From Marsupella aquatica (Eukaryota > Plantae > Marchantiophyta), in the NCBI GenBank assembly GCA_973895155.1, contig OZ316893.1:23458015-23522014 (forward strand): 64,000 nucleotides of DNA, written 5' to 3'. Position numbers and translations under genes: made by a program. A model generated the notes under the pieces. That model was not told the DNA's origin. It was given only the letters and a program-made list of their open reading frames with translations, and did no database searches. Each line of letters begins with the position of its first letter. The first letter of the stretch is position 1. Positions 49,396 to 60,330 of this stretch are shown piece after piece.

Positions 49396-49536
49396 TGTAT
49401 GTTGTGTGGATCTTCTCAGGGAGCAGCTACTATGTTGATTTGTGATAAGTGTTCTAGAGGATGGCACATGTCGTGTTTGACACCACCATTGCAGGTGATT
49501 CCTAGTGGATCATGGTTGTGTTCTCAATGTTGGTGA
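49396..49536 (+). pseudogene. PHD finger at the C-terminus of the gypsy integrase
   Basis: Hand translation CMLCGSSQGAATMLICDKCSRGWHMSCLTPPLQVIPSGSWLCSQCW* gives a canonical C4-H-C3 with the conserved W. Confidence 0.9.
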
Positions 49537-49713
49537 ATCCGACTAGTTATCAGTTTGTGTTCTCTTGGAAGATATGGATTGCAGGTAGGTGATCGATGGG
49601 GCTCACTTGCACCCGACCTCCTGATCTTCACACCTAAAAAGGTGTATATCAACCTTGTAGAACTCATGGCTAGCTAGAATTAGGGGACTTTATTCCCAGC
49701 TAGGGGGGGCGAT

Positions 49714-50172
49714 TGTGGGTTTTGGACATGTGTGGACATGAGTTCCACTTGTATTCCATTATCTTGTGTTTGTGATGTGGCAGTGTGACTATGTGTGGAT
49801 GTATGTGACAAGCGATGTATGTTGTGTAGCGATGTGTATGCGCACGACAACTGTCACACCATTCTAGGTAGTGTTAGAGTGTATCGTACTATCTAGATCC
49901 GTATGTTTGGTATGTGTGCTATATGAGCCGATAAGGTTCCTTATGTGAGAGGGTAGTTCTCTCTTGTGAGGCATTGTTCAAAGGTTATCTTTCAATGTTG
50001 AGCCTTGGAGAGGGGAGCTTGTGTGGTGGCTATGGTGGCTGAGAGCTCTCTCTATGTAGCGTAAATTCCTTGAGTGCAAGATGCGTTGGCTTGACATATG
50101 TGTGTGATCGGATCGGACAAGATTGAGTGCGTATTGTTGGCGTTGATTGTTGTTTGGATTCTATTGAGATTA
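49714..50172 (+). repeat. gypsy 3' LTR (5' LTR copy at 32054-32380 is 5'-truncated; extra partial copy at 50174-50276)
   Basis: Starts TGTGGG just after the PPT. About 320 bp are highly similar to 32054-32378. Confidence 0.75.
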
Positions 50173-50276
50173 TTGTGGGTTTTGAACACGTGTGGACATG
50201 AGTTCCACTTGTATTCCATTCTCTTGTGCTTGTGATGTGGCAGTGTGACTATGTGTGGATGTATGTGACAAACGAT

Positions 50277-51538
50277 ATAGATTGACCGTTCCCTAAGTAT
50301 ACCATTCAGGAATGTTGTCTTCACCTCTAAAAGGATGGCCTCAAGGTCATAAAAAACCACCAAGGATAGAATGAGCCTTATAGATGTGATTTTCACTACT
50401 GGCGAAAAAGTATCCAAATAAAAAACCCCATAGACTTGAGAGTAGCCTTTGTATCTAACTTGCAATACTTCCATCCGGGTTATACTTCAACTTGAAAACC
50501 CACTGGCAACCCATCACTTTTTAATTCTGACTATGGCCATGTGTTGTTTTCCTTCAATGAGTGTAACTCATCATTAATGGCTTTCCTCCAGTGTTCTGCA
50601 TCTAGTCTTGTAAGTGCCTCCTTCAAAGAAATAAGTTCTACCGTTCTTGGACCAGATTCAGTCACTAAGGCCACAATGGCTGAATTGGAGTCAAAACCAT
50701 ATCTTCTCATTGTATCTTCTTCATCTTTCCCCTTCCAAATTTTGGTTCTGAAAATTCAATGTGAGTAGAGGTATCATCTTCTATTGAACGTTCAAATTCA
50801 TCAAAAGGTGTTGCAAAATGATTCTGTGGACATGGATCATGGTAGTGGACTATAACTTGGTTGTGGTTCTCTTGTAGTAGATGTGCCTGAAATTTCAAGA
50901 GCCTCTTCTCTAACATAACCTGGTGCATTAGCTCCCACTTGAGCTATTTAAGGTCGGCTAGTGCTAGTGTTGGTGCTCCCACTGGACCTGATGCCGGTGC
51001 TAGTACTGGTGCTCCCACTGGAGTTGGTGTTGGTGCTAGTGCTATTTGAAGATCGAATAGCATCGGATCATCCAACTTTGAAGTAACTGGTCCTTTTCCA
51101 CCGGGTTGGTCCTCTTTAAATCAAACGTCTCTTATCACAATCACCTTGCGATCGGTTGTTCGTTGAACCCTATAGACATCTCTTGATGTTGAGTCTTCTG
51201 GATATCCCAAAAAAGATGCAATCTTCGGGATGATTGACTTCCCTCGATGGTTTTTGTTGATGTTAAGATGCATTATACATCCAAAAACCCTGTGATGTGA
51301 TAAGTTTGGTTTTTTCCCATACTAAGTTAAGCTCATATGGTGTCTTGTTGACATCTAGTGCTTTTGTGAGTGTTCAATTTTGAAGGTAATTAACTGTATG
51401 AATAGCTTCCCCCAATAGGATTGAGACAGACCTGAATGATTCAACAAAGATAGAATCGACTCCACTAGTGTTCTATTATTTCTTTTAGCTAATCCATTTT
51501 GATGAGGAGCCTTTGCAACTGTAAATTGCCATCAATGT
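50277..51538 (-). mobile_element. Decayed Ty1/copia remnant: integrase 3' part and RT N-terminal half (same element as 30640-31750)
   Basis: KGYSQVYG..YLDTFSPVVKITSIRLIL, EVKTTFLNG, PHQNGLAKRNNRTLVES. Collinear with the fragment on the other side of the gypsy. Confidence 0.8.
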
Positions 51539-51590
51539 GACACCATATGAGCTTAACTTAGTATGAGCTTAACTTAGTATGAGCTTAACT
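51539..51590. repeat. 16-bp tandem repeat ATGAGCTTAACTTAGT (~3 copies), an inverted copy of 51318-51344
   Basis: GACACCATATGAGCTTAACTTAGTATG is the reverse complement of 51318-51344. Confidence 0.85.
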
Positions 51591-52306
51591 CAGGGTGCAT
51601 AAAATTTCTTAAAACTTTGGTGGACAGTTGAGAAAGGTTTTAAACACTGTCTGCTTGGTCGCCCGCTCGGCAGATACGAAGGCTTATGGTTCTGTTCAAA
51701 GATTTCGTAAGTAATGCAGTTGAAACTCAAATTGTGTTGCCCTTCTAATATAAATAGTCTTCTTGGAATCGAAGCCGGACAAGAGCCTGACACAATCTAT
51801 CATATCGGTGCAATATGTTTGTGAACTGAGCCAAATCTCCCGGTTACTACAGAATATTTAAACCCTTCGTCTGTGTTACTGCACATTTCAGTGCCGATGA
51901 GGAGAATCGGCATCAAGCCATCCACAGAAGCAGACCGGATCGCATGGACTTTGCATGCTGAGACAAGTTCTGGAGACTGCTGTTCATGTCTACTGCCTTC
52001 AAACGTTAGCGAATGAAGTCTAATGGGTATTGTCAACTTTGTATCTAACGTCAGGGCCCGAATCTTGAAGATCTTCTGTATTTTATTGGATGATGACTCC
52101 AGTCTGTCATCAAGCTGATACAAGCATGTCAAGAATGCAGTCAGTTAAAATTGATTGGGTGATGGTATTGGCGTCCTGTATGTGCGGTTCGGAACCCACC
52201 TGCAATGCTGGTATTGTCACTAGGAAATAAAATTGATCGGAGGTAAGTAAACCAATTCCTAACACCTGTCCAGCTCTTTGGAGAAATGAGCAGCTGCTAT
52301 TGCTGC

Positions 52307-52445
52307 GTCTGTAGTCAGTCTCACTTCCTGTCGTGCATCTAGCTCTCTGGGGAAGAGCAACAGCGATGGTTCTGCAGTCTGTAGTCAGTCTCACTTCCTG
52401 TCGTGCATCCAGCTCTCTGCGAAAGAGCAACAGCGATGGTTCTGG
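52307..52445. repeat. ~70-bp tandem duplication
   Basis: TCTGTAGTCAGTCTCACTTCCTGTCGTGCATC...GAGCAACAGCGATGGTTCTG occurs twice. Confidence 0.85.
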
Positions 52446-53144
52446 CGTCTCTAGTCACCATTTTCCGTCATCTGCCACACACACTATCAGCAATCTATAT
52501 AAGGAGCTAGTAGCATTCCCATCTTCCTCATTCTTCATTCTTCACATCCTCTTTCATTCTCTCTCGCCTTGTTCTGCAATCGTTCCGTCCACTGCAGCCC
52601 TATTGTCGGCAGATCTCAACAACTTCGTGAGCTTGCTTTGGTGGACCCATTCCCGTTGTTGTATCTTTCGACATCTCTCTACAATTCTCTTCAAGATAAT
52701 TGAGTTCTCTCAATCGAATCTGGAATCCAGTTTTGGTGCTTCACACGTTGTAAGCTTCTTGCACGATTGTAGATAAAGTATTCAATTTAACTTAATGTAG
52801 TACTTTGGGGTTTAGCAGGTCGATTTGCGTTCCTATTGTTGAGAGGTTGAAGGCAAGTCAGTCGATATTCTGTGTTATTCAGTCTGCCATTGGCTGTCCA
52901 GAAAGTAGTCATCTGCGCCGTTTGCTACACTGTAAACAGACATTGTCACGGTTTTAGTAACCAAGTTTTAAGTCCGAATCTGTCAACGTTTTTTGGCTTG
53001 CGCTCGAGCTAGTACAATTGTATTCACTGCATTTATCTGCTTTCAGTCATAGGGAAGATCTGGAGGTACCTGATCACGGTGAGAATTCGATTTTCTCTTT
53101 GATTTTGCTAGGTTTCTTTCCAGGAAATTATACCCGACTTTACA

Positions 53145-54221
53145 ATGGGCTCTCAAGGCATTTCTTCTGTGTATGAGGAACTTCTTCCTGGCATCCCGGA
53201 TGACGTTGCTTTAAACGAGATTGCTACAAAGATCGCAGGAAAGGATGTGGGTACCTTGTCTTTAGTAAGTCCTCGATGGCGACAAGAAATTCAGCATCGA
53301 GTGGTCTATGACTCGAGACTGCGAAGGTGTTCCACAGATACTCACGTAGTCCTTCGAGTGTGGGGTCGCTGGTTCAATGGATTTTGTCTTTATTCCTTGA
53401 CCGACCACACTCTGCATCAATTTCATCGACTCCCAAACCGTCGCTTTTCGTTCCAGTTCATTACCTTGGATGGTAAATTATATGTCTTAGGAGGAGAAAG
53501 CTGGTGGACCGAGAGAAATCCTGAAAATGATTCCAGAAAAGTATTTGTCTTGGATTTGGCTGGACAACAGAAGTGGAAGGAATGTGCAAGTATGCTGCAA
53601 CCACGACGAGAGTTTGGATGTGGTGTCATGAATGGGAAGATTTATGTATTTGGTGGTAGTTCTGTCGGCTACGGGCATCATCCAGAAGGCGCATCAGAGG
53701 TGTATGACCCGGAGCTGGACGCTTGGTCCCCGGTAAAGAGCATGCCACTAGGGGAAATGAGCCATATCGTTAGACCCGTAGGTGAAGAGCTTTTTGTGCA
53801 AGGTCGGGATCCATCTCCATTTCAAGTTTACCATCCAGGTAGTGATCAGTGGCGAACCCTGGAGCTGAGAGGATATGCGCGACGAATGTTCATTTTCCGC
53901 GGAGAATTCTATAAGTTCAGTGAGCATGGCATTGAAATCTACGACAATGAAAACAGTTTGTGGATACTTCGGTGTTATATCTCATGTGATGAACTTGGAC
54001 CGGTTCATTCTGTAGTGATTCATCCCAAGTTTATTTTACCTGTGAATAACGAGCTGTTAGCGAACATGAGTTGGTGCAATGCAGCGAACCGAACCCAGGG
54101 AAACTCTCTGCTTCTAAGTTCCGGCTTCGGGGGCAGGGGCCAGGACGTAGTGTGGCGGAAAGCACCACTCACTTTTGAATATCAAACGTTGAGTGATTTC
54201 ATGTGCCTTGTTGAGCTTTGA
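53145..54221 (+). CDS. F-box/kelch-repeat protein (array copy 2)
   Basis: Intact 358-aa paralog of 3014-4108 with the same F-box and kelch motifs. Confidence 0.92.
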   Translation: MGSQGISSVYEELLPGIPDDVALNEIATKIAGKDVGTLSLVSPRWRQEIQHRVVYDSRLRRCSTDTHVVLRVWGRWFNGFCLYSLTDHTLHQFHRLPNRRFSFQFITLDGKLYVLGGESWWTERNPENDSRKVFVLDLAGQQKWKECASMLQPRREFGCGVMNGKIYVFGGSSVGYGHHPEGASEVYDPELDAWSPVKSMPLGEMSHIVRPVGEELFVQGRDPSPFQVYHPGSDQWRTLELRGYARRMFIFRGEFYKFSEHGIEIYDNENSLWILRCYISCDELGPVHSVVIHPKFILPVNNELLANMSWCNAANRTQGNSLLLSSGFGGRGQDVVWRKAPLTFEYQTLSDFMCLVEL

Positions 54222-55252
54222 ATACGTACTTGACGACAATGTTATGATCATGTTGTGGAGAGTACTGCTTGATCGCTAAAGATCCTGAACTCGTGGTTTA
54301 GATCTGGTTCTGTTTAGCGTAAGTACTGATTGTCCGGAAATGAAGGAGGACATATATCCCGGCGAGGAGGGATTCTGAATAAATGTCTGTGTCGTTTGAT
54401 TCCTTGTAAATAAAATGTCTTTCGTATGGCGCCAATTCAAAAAGCAACAAAAGCCTCTATTGAAGCACCCAGCCCCCTGCGGAAGAGGGTATGTATGGGT
54501 CTGCCGTCAGACCCATACCTGCCAGACCCATACCTGCCGTCTCGTCACTACTAGATATAGTAAGCGCGGATATAAGGGCTGGTAGCATGCACATCTTCCT
54601 CGTTATTCATTCTTCAGATCCCCTTCTTTCTCTCTCGGTTTGTTCAGCAATCGTTCCGTCCACTGCAGCCCGGTTGTCGGCAGGCCGGTCACATCCAAAC
54701 CGTGAGCTCGCTGCGGTTCCACGTGAATCTTTGCTCGACCCCAGTTCCATTCTTATGTTTCGACTTCTCCAGGCTATAATTGTCTTCAAAATAATCGATT
54801 TCTTTCAATCGAATTTTGTCTCCAGCTTTCGTGCTTCACTTCGTTGTAAGCTTCTTGCAGGATTTGTGAATAGAGTATTCAATTCAGTTTAATATAGTAC
54901 TTTAGCAGCAATTGTAACTGCGTCCATTTTGTAGTGAGGCTAAATGCAAGTCTGTCGATGTCCTGTGTTATTCCGTCTACCTTTGCCTGTCCAGAAACTA
55001 GGAATCAGCGCCGTTTGCTACACTGTAAACATGCATTATTAGGGCTTTAGTAAACAATTTCTAGGTCCGAATTTCTGAACGTTGTTTGGCTTGCGCTGAA
55101 GCTAGTTTACGGTTTAAGGCATCATTGTATTCATGTCATTTATTTGTTTCCACTCATGGGGAAGAGCTGGTGGTACCTGATTATGGTGACAATTCGATTG
55201 TTTCTTTGACTTTTCTAGGTTTGTTTCCACCACACTTATACACAAGTTTACC

Positions 55253-56332
55253 ATGGACTCTCAGCAAATTTCTTCTTCGCGGGAGGAACTTCTTCCTGGC
55301 ATCCCGGATGACGTTGCTTTGGACGAGATTGCAACAAAGATCGCAGGGAAGGATGTGGGTACCTTGTCTTTGGTAAGTCCTCGATGGCGGAATGAAATTC
55401 AGCATCGAGTAGTCCACAACTCGAGGCTTCGCAGGCGTTCCACAGAAACTCACGTAGTCCTTTATATTTGGGGTCGTGGTTTGAAGAATGGATTGTGTCT
55501 TTATTCCTTGAGCGACCAAACTCTGCGTCAACTTCCTCGAGTCCCAAACCGTTCGCTTTTCGTACCAGTTCATATCATTAGATAGTAGAGTATATATCTT
55601 GGGAGGAGAAAGCTGGTTGGGTGAGGGATGTCCCGAACTTGATTGCAGAAAAGTATTTGTGTTGGATTTGGTTGGACAACAGCTGTGGACCTAATATGTA
55701 TTCGTTAGCCACTAAGACGAGACTTTAAATGTGGTGTCATGGATGGGAAGATTTACGTATTTGGTGGTACTTCTGTCGGCTACGAGCATCATCCTGAAGG
55801 CGTATCAGAGGTCTATGACCCGGAGGTCGACGCTTGGTTCCCGGTGAAGAGCATGGCACCAGGGAGAATGAGCGCTATCGTTACACCTGTAGGTGAAGAG
55901 CTCTTTGTGCAAGGTCGGGATGCATCTCCATTTCAAGTTTATCATCCAGGTAAGGATCAGTGGCGAGCCGTGGAGCTGAGAGAGTATGCGCCACAAATAT
56001 TCAATTTCCGCGGGGAATTCTATCAGTTCAGTGAACATGGCATTCAAATCTACGATACTGAAAACAGTTTGTTGTGGACACATCGGTGTTCAATCAGATG
56101 GGATGAGCTTGGACCGGTTGGCACGAGAATTTCCCCCAAGTTTATTTTACCTGTGAATAATGAGCTCTTAGCGAACGTGAAGTAGATCAACGCAACGAAC
56201 TTAACCCATGGACACTGTCTGCTGCTGAGTTCCGGGTTCGGGAGCAAGGGCCAGGACGTAGTGTGGCGGAAAGCACCACACTCGTTTGAATCTCAAACGT
56301 TGAGTAGTTTCTTGTGCCTTGTTGAGCTTTGA
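55253..56332 (+). pseudogene. F-box/kelch pseudogene (array copy 3)
   Basis: Collinear with the paralogs. Frameshift near 55560, disruption near 55690, stop at 56183-56185, conserved FLCLVEL* end. Confidence 0.88.
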
Positions 56333-56664
56333 ATACGTACTTGACCACAATTTTATGATCTTTTATTACAGAGTAGAGTACTGTTTGATCGCTAAAGTTC
56401 CTGATCAACTCAATCATGGTTTAGATCTGGTTTTGGTTAGCGTAAGTAGGATGGGCTCACGCAGGACATCTCGGCAAAGAGGGAGTTCTGAATAAATTTA
56501 TGTGTCGTTCGTTTCCATGTCAATAAAATATATTTTATATGGTGCCAGTGCAAGTAGCAGCACAAGCACTATTGAAGCGATTCTGCAGACTTTGAAGTTT
56601 GTCCAAGGCTCATCTGAACTCGAAGAGAATGAGTGAAATTGAATTCTATCCTGTGAGCTATATG

Positions 56665-58845
56665 TATGGGCGGCGGATGGAGAGCGGAGCTATAACAAGT
56701 GCGGAAGGGGAAAGTGTAATAAATGTAGTAAAGTAGTAAAAGGTGGGGAAAAAATGAGAAGTAAATTTGTGCACACCAAAAATTGAAATTGAAATTAAAA
56801 AATTAAAACAAAAACTCTCCCTCTGCGAGACCATGCTTGGTGAGAGCATGAGATGCAAGATTGGTGATGATAATCATTTATTATCTACAAAACTAAATCT
56901 TTTACACCAAGACATATTTATGCAATGAAACCCTAAATGTAACAACATCATTTACACAATGAAATTTTTTCTACATCACCTCTTTTGTTAACAATATTTT
57001 TTCCACAAGGACATCTTTGGTGCATATGATCTTTAGCACAACAATAGTTTTATGCAATATATGACATCTTTTGCCCAGCAATTTTTTGGGTGCAAATCAA
57101 GGAGAAGAAGCTTGCCCATATTCATTTGGATTGCTTTGACATCTTTGTCTCTCCTTAGTTGACATTTGTTTCTCGCCTTGACATCTTTGCCTTGTCTTGA
57201 CATCTTTTCCTCGCCTCAAAACTGTTTCCTCCCTCAACATACTTTCCTCACCTCTACTTTGCGCGCCTTCACATCTTTTCCTTGCCTCAAAATCTTTTGT
57301 GCAATGCTTGCCTACATTTCTTTGCATTTCCTCGACGTCTTTGTCTCACCTTGACATCATTTGCTCCCTTCAACATTTTGTCCTCACCTCAACATCATTT
57401 TTCCTCACTCCCATATCTTTTGTGCAACACACAGACATTAAGGTTTTGCTTCCAGATTCCGAGGAGGATCTTGCAAGGTTGACCAAAAATGTTGTATATG
57501 ATGTTCTTTATTGAGCATCAATAAACTTGCATGAGTGTTGTATTAATATCTTCAACATGTACTCATCTTTTTATTAAGCATCTTAATATGTATTCATTAG
57601 CTCAATACCTGTGCGTTGCACAAAAGAAGTCATGTCGGCCAAGATGTCGTTGAGAAAAAAAGATGTCGTGTCTGCCAAGAGGTTGTTGAGAGAAAAGATG
57701 TAGTGTCAACCAAGAGGTCGTGGAGAGAAAAGATGTTGTGTCGGCCAAGAGGTCATGGAGAGAAAAGATGTTGTGTCAGCCAAGAGGTCGTGGAGAAAAA
57801 AGATGTAGTGTCGGCCAAGAGGTTGTTGAGAAAAAAAGATGGCCAAGAGGTCGTTAAGAGAAAAGAAGTCATTGAGGAAAAAATTTGTCATGTCGGCCAA
57901 GAGGTCGTTGAGAAAAAATATGTCGTCTTGGCCAAGATGTCTTTGAGAAAAAAATGTCATGTCGGCCAAGATGTTGTCAAGAAAACAATTGTCATGTCGG
58001 CCAAGATGTCGTTGAGAAAAAATATGTTGTGTCGGCAAAGATATCATTGAGGGAAAAGATGTCATGTCAGCCAAGACATCGTTGAGGGAAAATACCCGTG
58101 CATTGCACAAAAGATGTCCTTGAAGTCATTTTGCCAAAGAAGTCATTTTGCCAAAGATGCCATTATGTGAAAGATGTTGAATGATAAGAAAAATGTGTCA
58201 TTTTGCCAAAGATATCGTGAAGTAAAAGATGTTATAAAGAAAAAAAAGGTGTCGTTTCATCCAAGTTGTCATTATGTGAAAGATGTTATGAAGTAAAAAG
58301 TCAAGGAGAGAAGGAGCAAGTCTTTTTCTTTGTTTGTATATTACCCAAAATGCCCTTGCATTTGAATGGAGACCACTCTATACATTGGCGCAATGTTATA
58401 TTATCGGATTCAGGTTTAAGGTTTTAGGGTTTAGCAAAGATGACCATTTTATCACTATCCTTTCAATCCCCGTGCGTTGCATAAAAGATGTTGTTTGGTT
58501 AAAGATGTTGTTGAGAAATAGCTCATGGTGCAAAAGATATCATTGAATAAAAAATTGCACAAAACTTTTTGTTGAATGAAAGATATCATTGTGCAAAGTA
58601 CTGGCCACGGCAGCCACAAAAGTTCCCTTTTTCTTTTTTTCTCCTTGCACAAAAAAATTCTTTGAATAAAAGATATCATTGCACAAACCACTGGCTATGA
58701 CAACCACAAAAGTATAACAAAATGAGAGGTGTTTTCCCCCCCTTTTAAACTTTTTTTCCTCTTATGTTCCTTTTAAACCTTAACCTCCCCCTTTTCCCCA
58801 TTTCACCATCACTCCACTCGCTCGCCGCCCCCTCCCTCCCCACCC
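56665..58845. repeat. AT-rich foldback-like repeat block, probably a non-autonomous DNA transposon
   Basis: ~32-bp units GTCGGCCAAGAGGTCGTTGAGAAAAAAGAT at 57630-58090. Related units in inverse orientation (CTTGACATCTTT) at 57130-57420. GC-rich ends are loosely inverted. Confidence 0.5.
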
Positions 58846-60029
58846 GTGCGCGACTGGAGCCCTTCGAGGGGCTGCCCTACATTGCAAGTGTGCCCCTTGC
58901 CCAACAACTTGCCATCAACGTCCGTGTCATGCGTTTCACTATGTCTTTGGGCCTTATTACTGTTGTTTTTTGGCATTGAAAATGATAGTGCAAATGACTC
59001 TAAAAATCACCACAAATATTGGGACAATAATTTTTTATTGATCAAGTGACTAAAATATTATTAGCAATTAAACTCCTCTTACCACTATTATACAAAACTA
59101 TGTTGCACTGTATAATATTGAATATGTAGAATACTCTGAGTATGTACAATACAGATCATGGAGGCCCGAAGGGAGTATCCTCCTTGATCCTCGTGCATTG
59201 ATTCTCGTGCATTAATTAAAGTCTTTCACTTTTTGGGGTGTCTGGTGTGATTATTTGGCTTGTGTTGGACAATGGTGTAACTTTTTGTGTCACACAAAAC
59301 TCAATTCACATTTTGATTTTATTACTTACCTTTCATCACATTTTTAAATTTTTATGCCCTGCAAATTTGAATGACGACCACTCTAAAAAGTGACGCAACT
59401 GTGTATTATACTTTAGGATCTTCATCATATTTGCCATATCCCATGACATATGTGCCTTGCCTATTAAACATATTTATTTATTTATCTCAAAATGTTTTTA
59501 TCTCCTCCTCATCTTTTCTCTCATGAACATCTTTTGCTCATCTCAATATCTTTGCATCCAAAAGCTTCATGAATTCATGAACCTGGTTTCGAGATTCCTT
59601 AATCTTGATCCAAGTTTTTTTTTATGAATTCATGAAGGGAATCTTGCATCAAGTTCAAGAATCTTGAAAAGAGAGAAAAAAGTGCATACAAACATAAAGA
59701 AAATGATTAAAAGAATGTCTACTCAAGACAAAGAAAATGACAAAAAAATGAAATGGCACCGCACACAACAATTTATGAGTTTGGTGACTTTCTTGTTATT
59801 TTATCTCACAAGCACAAACTCAATATTGGCCTTCATATTCTCGTTGAAAAATACTGAGCCAGTTTCAGATTCACTATATGGACCAATCCCAAAAATCACA
59901 AATTACCGACCCATACTACTTACTTCAATTACAAAAAACCTGATAATGAGACCTGCTTCAATTCCTGAATCACTCCTGAGAGCACCTACATCATAGTTGT
60001 AGAATCAAGTTAATGAGTAGAAAACTCTA

Positions 60030-60330
60030 ACTCACCTGGGGCATATATCCGAAGGTGCCACAAATAGTTGAAGTAGATACTTGTCCATTGTCCACATTCT
60101 GGTATGCCACAAAGTAACTTGGAAATGCCTTAGTCAGAGAGTTTTGGTTCCAAATCTGCATCCAAAAGTATGGCACCTAGCTTCAAATCTCTATGGATGA
60201 TATGATCTGGAAATTTGTGGTGCAGGTACACCAATCCATGGGGTCACACCCAACAGTATTAATCTTTCAGCCTAGACGAGTCACAAAGAAAATACAGCTC
60301 ATATGTTGTTGCAGCCTGTTTACCTTAGCC
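60030..60330 (-). pseudogene. Receptor-like protein kinase domain fragment
   Basis: Hand translation HGLVYLHH...IIHRDLK(60181-60195)[22 protein letters not shown]...GTFGYMP followed by a GTGAG donor. It has a stop in the DFG position and a frameshift. Confidence 0.8.

Larger units (their letters stand above)
32054..50276 (+). mobile_element. Decayed Ty3/gypsy LTR retrotransposon encoding gag-PR-DNMT-RT-RH-IN-PHD, with four nested insertions
   Basis: LTR homology between 32054-32378 and 49852-50172. PPT AGGGGGGG at 49702-49709. Gag knuckles CWTCGGDHAQRDC and CDHCGAPRHTKDRC, protease LLDTGAQ, RT YIDDIL, RNase H AYASRS/EGECLAVVW, integrase GHFGVKRT...CVVC / TDQGTEF. Confidence 0.88.

Noticed and set aside
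57616-58110. ORFs of 144 and 134 aa and CRISPR-like periodicity
   Set aside because: These are translations of a degenerate ~32-bp minisatellite with no unique spacers.
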